Shown here piece after piece: positions 30,386 to 32,000 of a DNA stretch of 32,000 nucleotides. This DNA comes from Pseudomonas aeruginosa. GTDB taxonomy: Bacteria > Pseudomonadota > Gammaproteobacteria > Pseudomonadales > Pseudomonadaceae. The stretch is from contig NZ_LN831024.1 of NCBI RefSeq assembly GCF_001457615.1, positions 3,780,001-3,812,000 of the forward strand, given 5' to 3'. Position 1 is the first letter of the stretch. The number at the start of each line of letters is the position of its first letter. Both the position numbers and the translations under genes were made by a program. The notes under the pieces are model-generated. The model was given only the letters and a program-made list of their open reading frames with translations, searched no databases and was not told the origin of the DNA.

Positions 30386-31951
30386 ATGCGCAACAATCAG
30401 CCCATCACCCAGCACGAGCGCGTCTATCCGGCGGAACAACGCCTGATCACCACCACCAATCTCAAAGGCATCATCACCTACTGCAACGAAGCCTTCATCG
30501 ACATCAGCGGCTTCAGCCGCGAGGAGCTGATGTCCGCGCCGCACAACCTGATCCGTCACCCCGACGTCCCGCCGGCGGTGTTCGCCCACATGTGGACCAC
30601 CCTCAAAGCCGGCCGCCCGTGGATGGGGATCGTCAAGAACCGCTGCAAGAACGGCGACCACTACTGGGTCAGCGCCTATGTCACGCCGATCTACGACCAG
30701 GGCGCGGTGGTCGGCTACGAGTCGGTGCGGGTCAAGCCGACCGCCGAACAGATCCAGCGCGCCGAGGCCCTCTACCGTCGCCTCGGCGCCGGCAAGCCGG
30801 CGATCCCCCGGCGCGACCGCTGGCTGCCGGTACTGCTCGACTGGCTGCCGTTCATCCTGATCAGCCAGATCGGCTTCCTCATCGGTATCTGGCTGAACTC
30901 CTGGTGGGGCTTCATCCTCGCCGGCCTGCTCGCCGTTCCGCTCGGCCTGGCCGGACTGCGCTGGCAGAAGCGCGGGCTGAAGCGCCTGATGCGGCTCGCC
31001 GAACAGACCACCTCCGACCCGCTGATCGCGCAGATGTACACCGACAGCCGCGGCGACCAGGCGCGCCTGGAAATGGCCATCCTCAGCCAGGACGCGCGCC
31101 TGAAGACCTGCCTGACGCGCCTGCAGGACACCGCCGAATACCTCACCGAACAGGCGCGCCAGGCCGACACCCTGGCCCACCACAGCTCCGCCGGTCTGGA
31201 ACAGCAGCGCGCAGAGACCGAACAGGTGGCCACCGCGGTCAACGAGATGGCCGCCACCACCCAGGAAGTGGCGAACAATGTCCAGTTGACCGCCGACGCG
31301 ACACAGAAGGCCAACGAACTGACCTCGCGCGGCCGCGACATCGCCGCGGAGACGCGCAACGCCATCCAGCGCCTGTCGGAGTCGGTGGGCGAGACCGGGG
31401 CCGCGGTGAGTCGCCTGGCCCAGGACAGCAACGAGATCGGCGGCGTGGTCGATGTGATCAAGGGCATCGCCGACCAGACCAACCTGCTCGCCCTCAACGC
31501 CGCCATCGAGGCGGCGCGGGCCGGCGACCAGGGACGCGGCTTCGCCGTGGTGGCCGACGAAGTGCGCTCGCTGGCGCAACGCACCGCGGCCTCCACCGAG
31601 CAGATCCACCACCTGATCGCCAAGTTGCAGAACACCGCCAACGATGCGGTACATACCATGGAGAGCGGCCTGCAGCAGGCCGAAGCCGGGGTCCAGCGGG
31701 TGCTGGAAGCCGACAGCGCGCTGGTCGGCATCAGCGAGGCGGTCAGCAACATCACCGAGATGACCACCCAGATCGCCGCCGCCGCGGAGGAACAGAGCGC
31801 GGTGGCCGAGGAAATCAACCGCAACATCAGCACCATCGCCGCCCTGGCCGAGCAGACCTCCGACGAGGCGCTGCGCACGGCGAAACTGAGCGAGGAACTG
31901 ACCACCACCGCGCAGAGCCAGTATTCCCTGGTCGAGCGCTTCAACCGCTGA
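30386..31951 (+). CDS. aer: Aerotaxis receptor (PAS domain plus methyl-accepting signalling domain), 521 aa
   Basis: PAS region [45 protein letters not shown]; MCP hairpin [38 protein letters not shown]. Confidence 0.96.
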   Translation: MRNNQPITQHERVYPAEQRLITTTNLKGIITYCNEAFIDISGFSREELMSAPHNLIRHPDVPPAVFAHMWTTLKAGRPWMGIVKNRCKNGDHYWVSAYVTPIYDQGAVVGYESVRVKPTAEQIQRAEALYRRLGAGKPAIPRRDRWLPVLLDWLPFILISQIGFLIGIWLNSWWGFILAGLLAVPLGLAGLRWQKRGLKRLMRLAEQTTSDPLIAQMYTDSRGDQARLEMAILSQDARLKTCLTRLQDTAEYLTEQARQADTLAHHSSAGLEQQRAETEQVATAVNEMAATTQEVANNVQLTADATQKANELTSRGRDIAAETRNAIQRLSESVGETGAAVSRLAQDSNEIGGVVDVIKGIADQTNLLALNAAIEAARAGDQGRGFAVVADEVRSLAQRTAASTEQIHHLIAKLQNTANDAVHTMESGLQQAEAGVQRVLEADSALVGISEAVSNITEMTTQIAAAAEEQSAVAEEINRNISTIAALAEQTSDEALRTAKLSEELTTTAQSQYSLVERFNR

Positions 31952-31959
31952 GATCAGGC

Positions 31960-31981
31960 CGCGGGGAGGAAGCTCCCCGCG
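31960..31981 (+). other. Stem-loop immediately downstream of aer, possible terminator without a clear U-tract
   Basis: CGCGGGGAG-GAAG-CTCCCCGCG, 9-bp perfect arms. Confidence 0.6.
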
Positions 31982-32000
31982 CCTGCCGTCACTTGAAGTC

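Overview
This window looks like core chromosome of a Pseudomonas, and protein content and gene order match my memory of the P. aeruginosa PA1588-to-PA1561 region; no database search was run. On the minus strand is a TCA-cycle block: sdhC-sdhD-sdhA-sdhB-sucA-sucB-lpdG and the 5' end of sucC. It is divergent from gltA on the plus strand. Next come small housekeeping or unknown genes: a START-like protein, a YkgJ-like Cys-cluster protein, a membrane-anchored hypothetical, a DMT-like protein, an HIBADH-type dehydrogenase, a DEDD exonuclease, ppnP, a DUF1287-like protein, an NAD-kinase-like protein and a 59-aa protein. A putative amine or aminophosphonate module follows: a LysR regulator divergent from an OPA-like MFS transporter, RidA, an FAD oxidoreductase, a glutamine-synthetase-like gamma-glutamylation enzyme and a second FAD oxidoreductase. 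The window ends with a TusA-like protein, rlmM, acnA and aer. I see no phage, transposon, CRISPR, toxin/antitoxin or defence island, and no convincing new multi-gene system. The most interesting items are the LysR/OPA/RidA/FAD/GlnA-like module with a candidate LysR operator, a run of five perfect-stem hairpins between lpdG and sucC, a perfect 16-bp palindrome between the divergent sdh and gltA promoters, a sigma54-like site and hairpin before the 59-aa gene, a candidate leader ORF plus strong hairpin before the glutamine-synthetase-like gene, and a stem-loop in the acnA leader.
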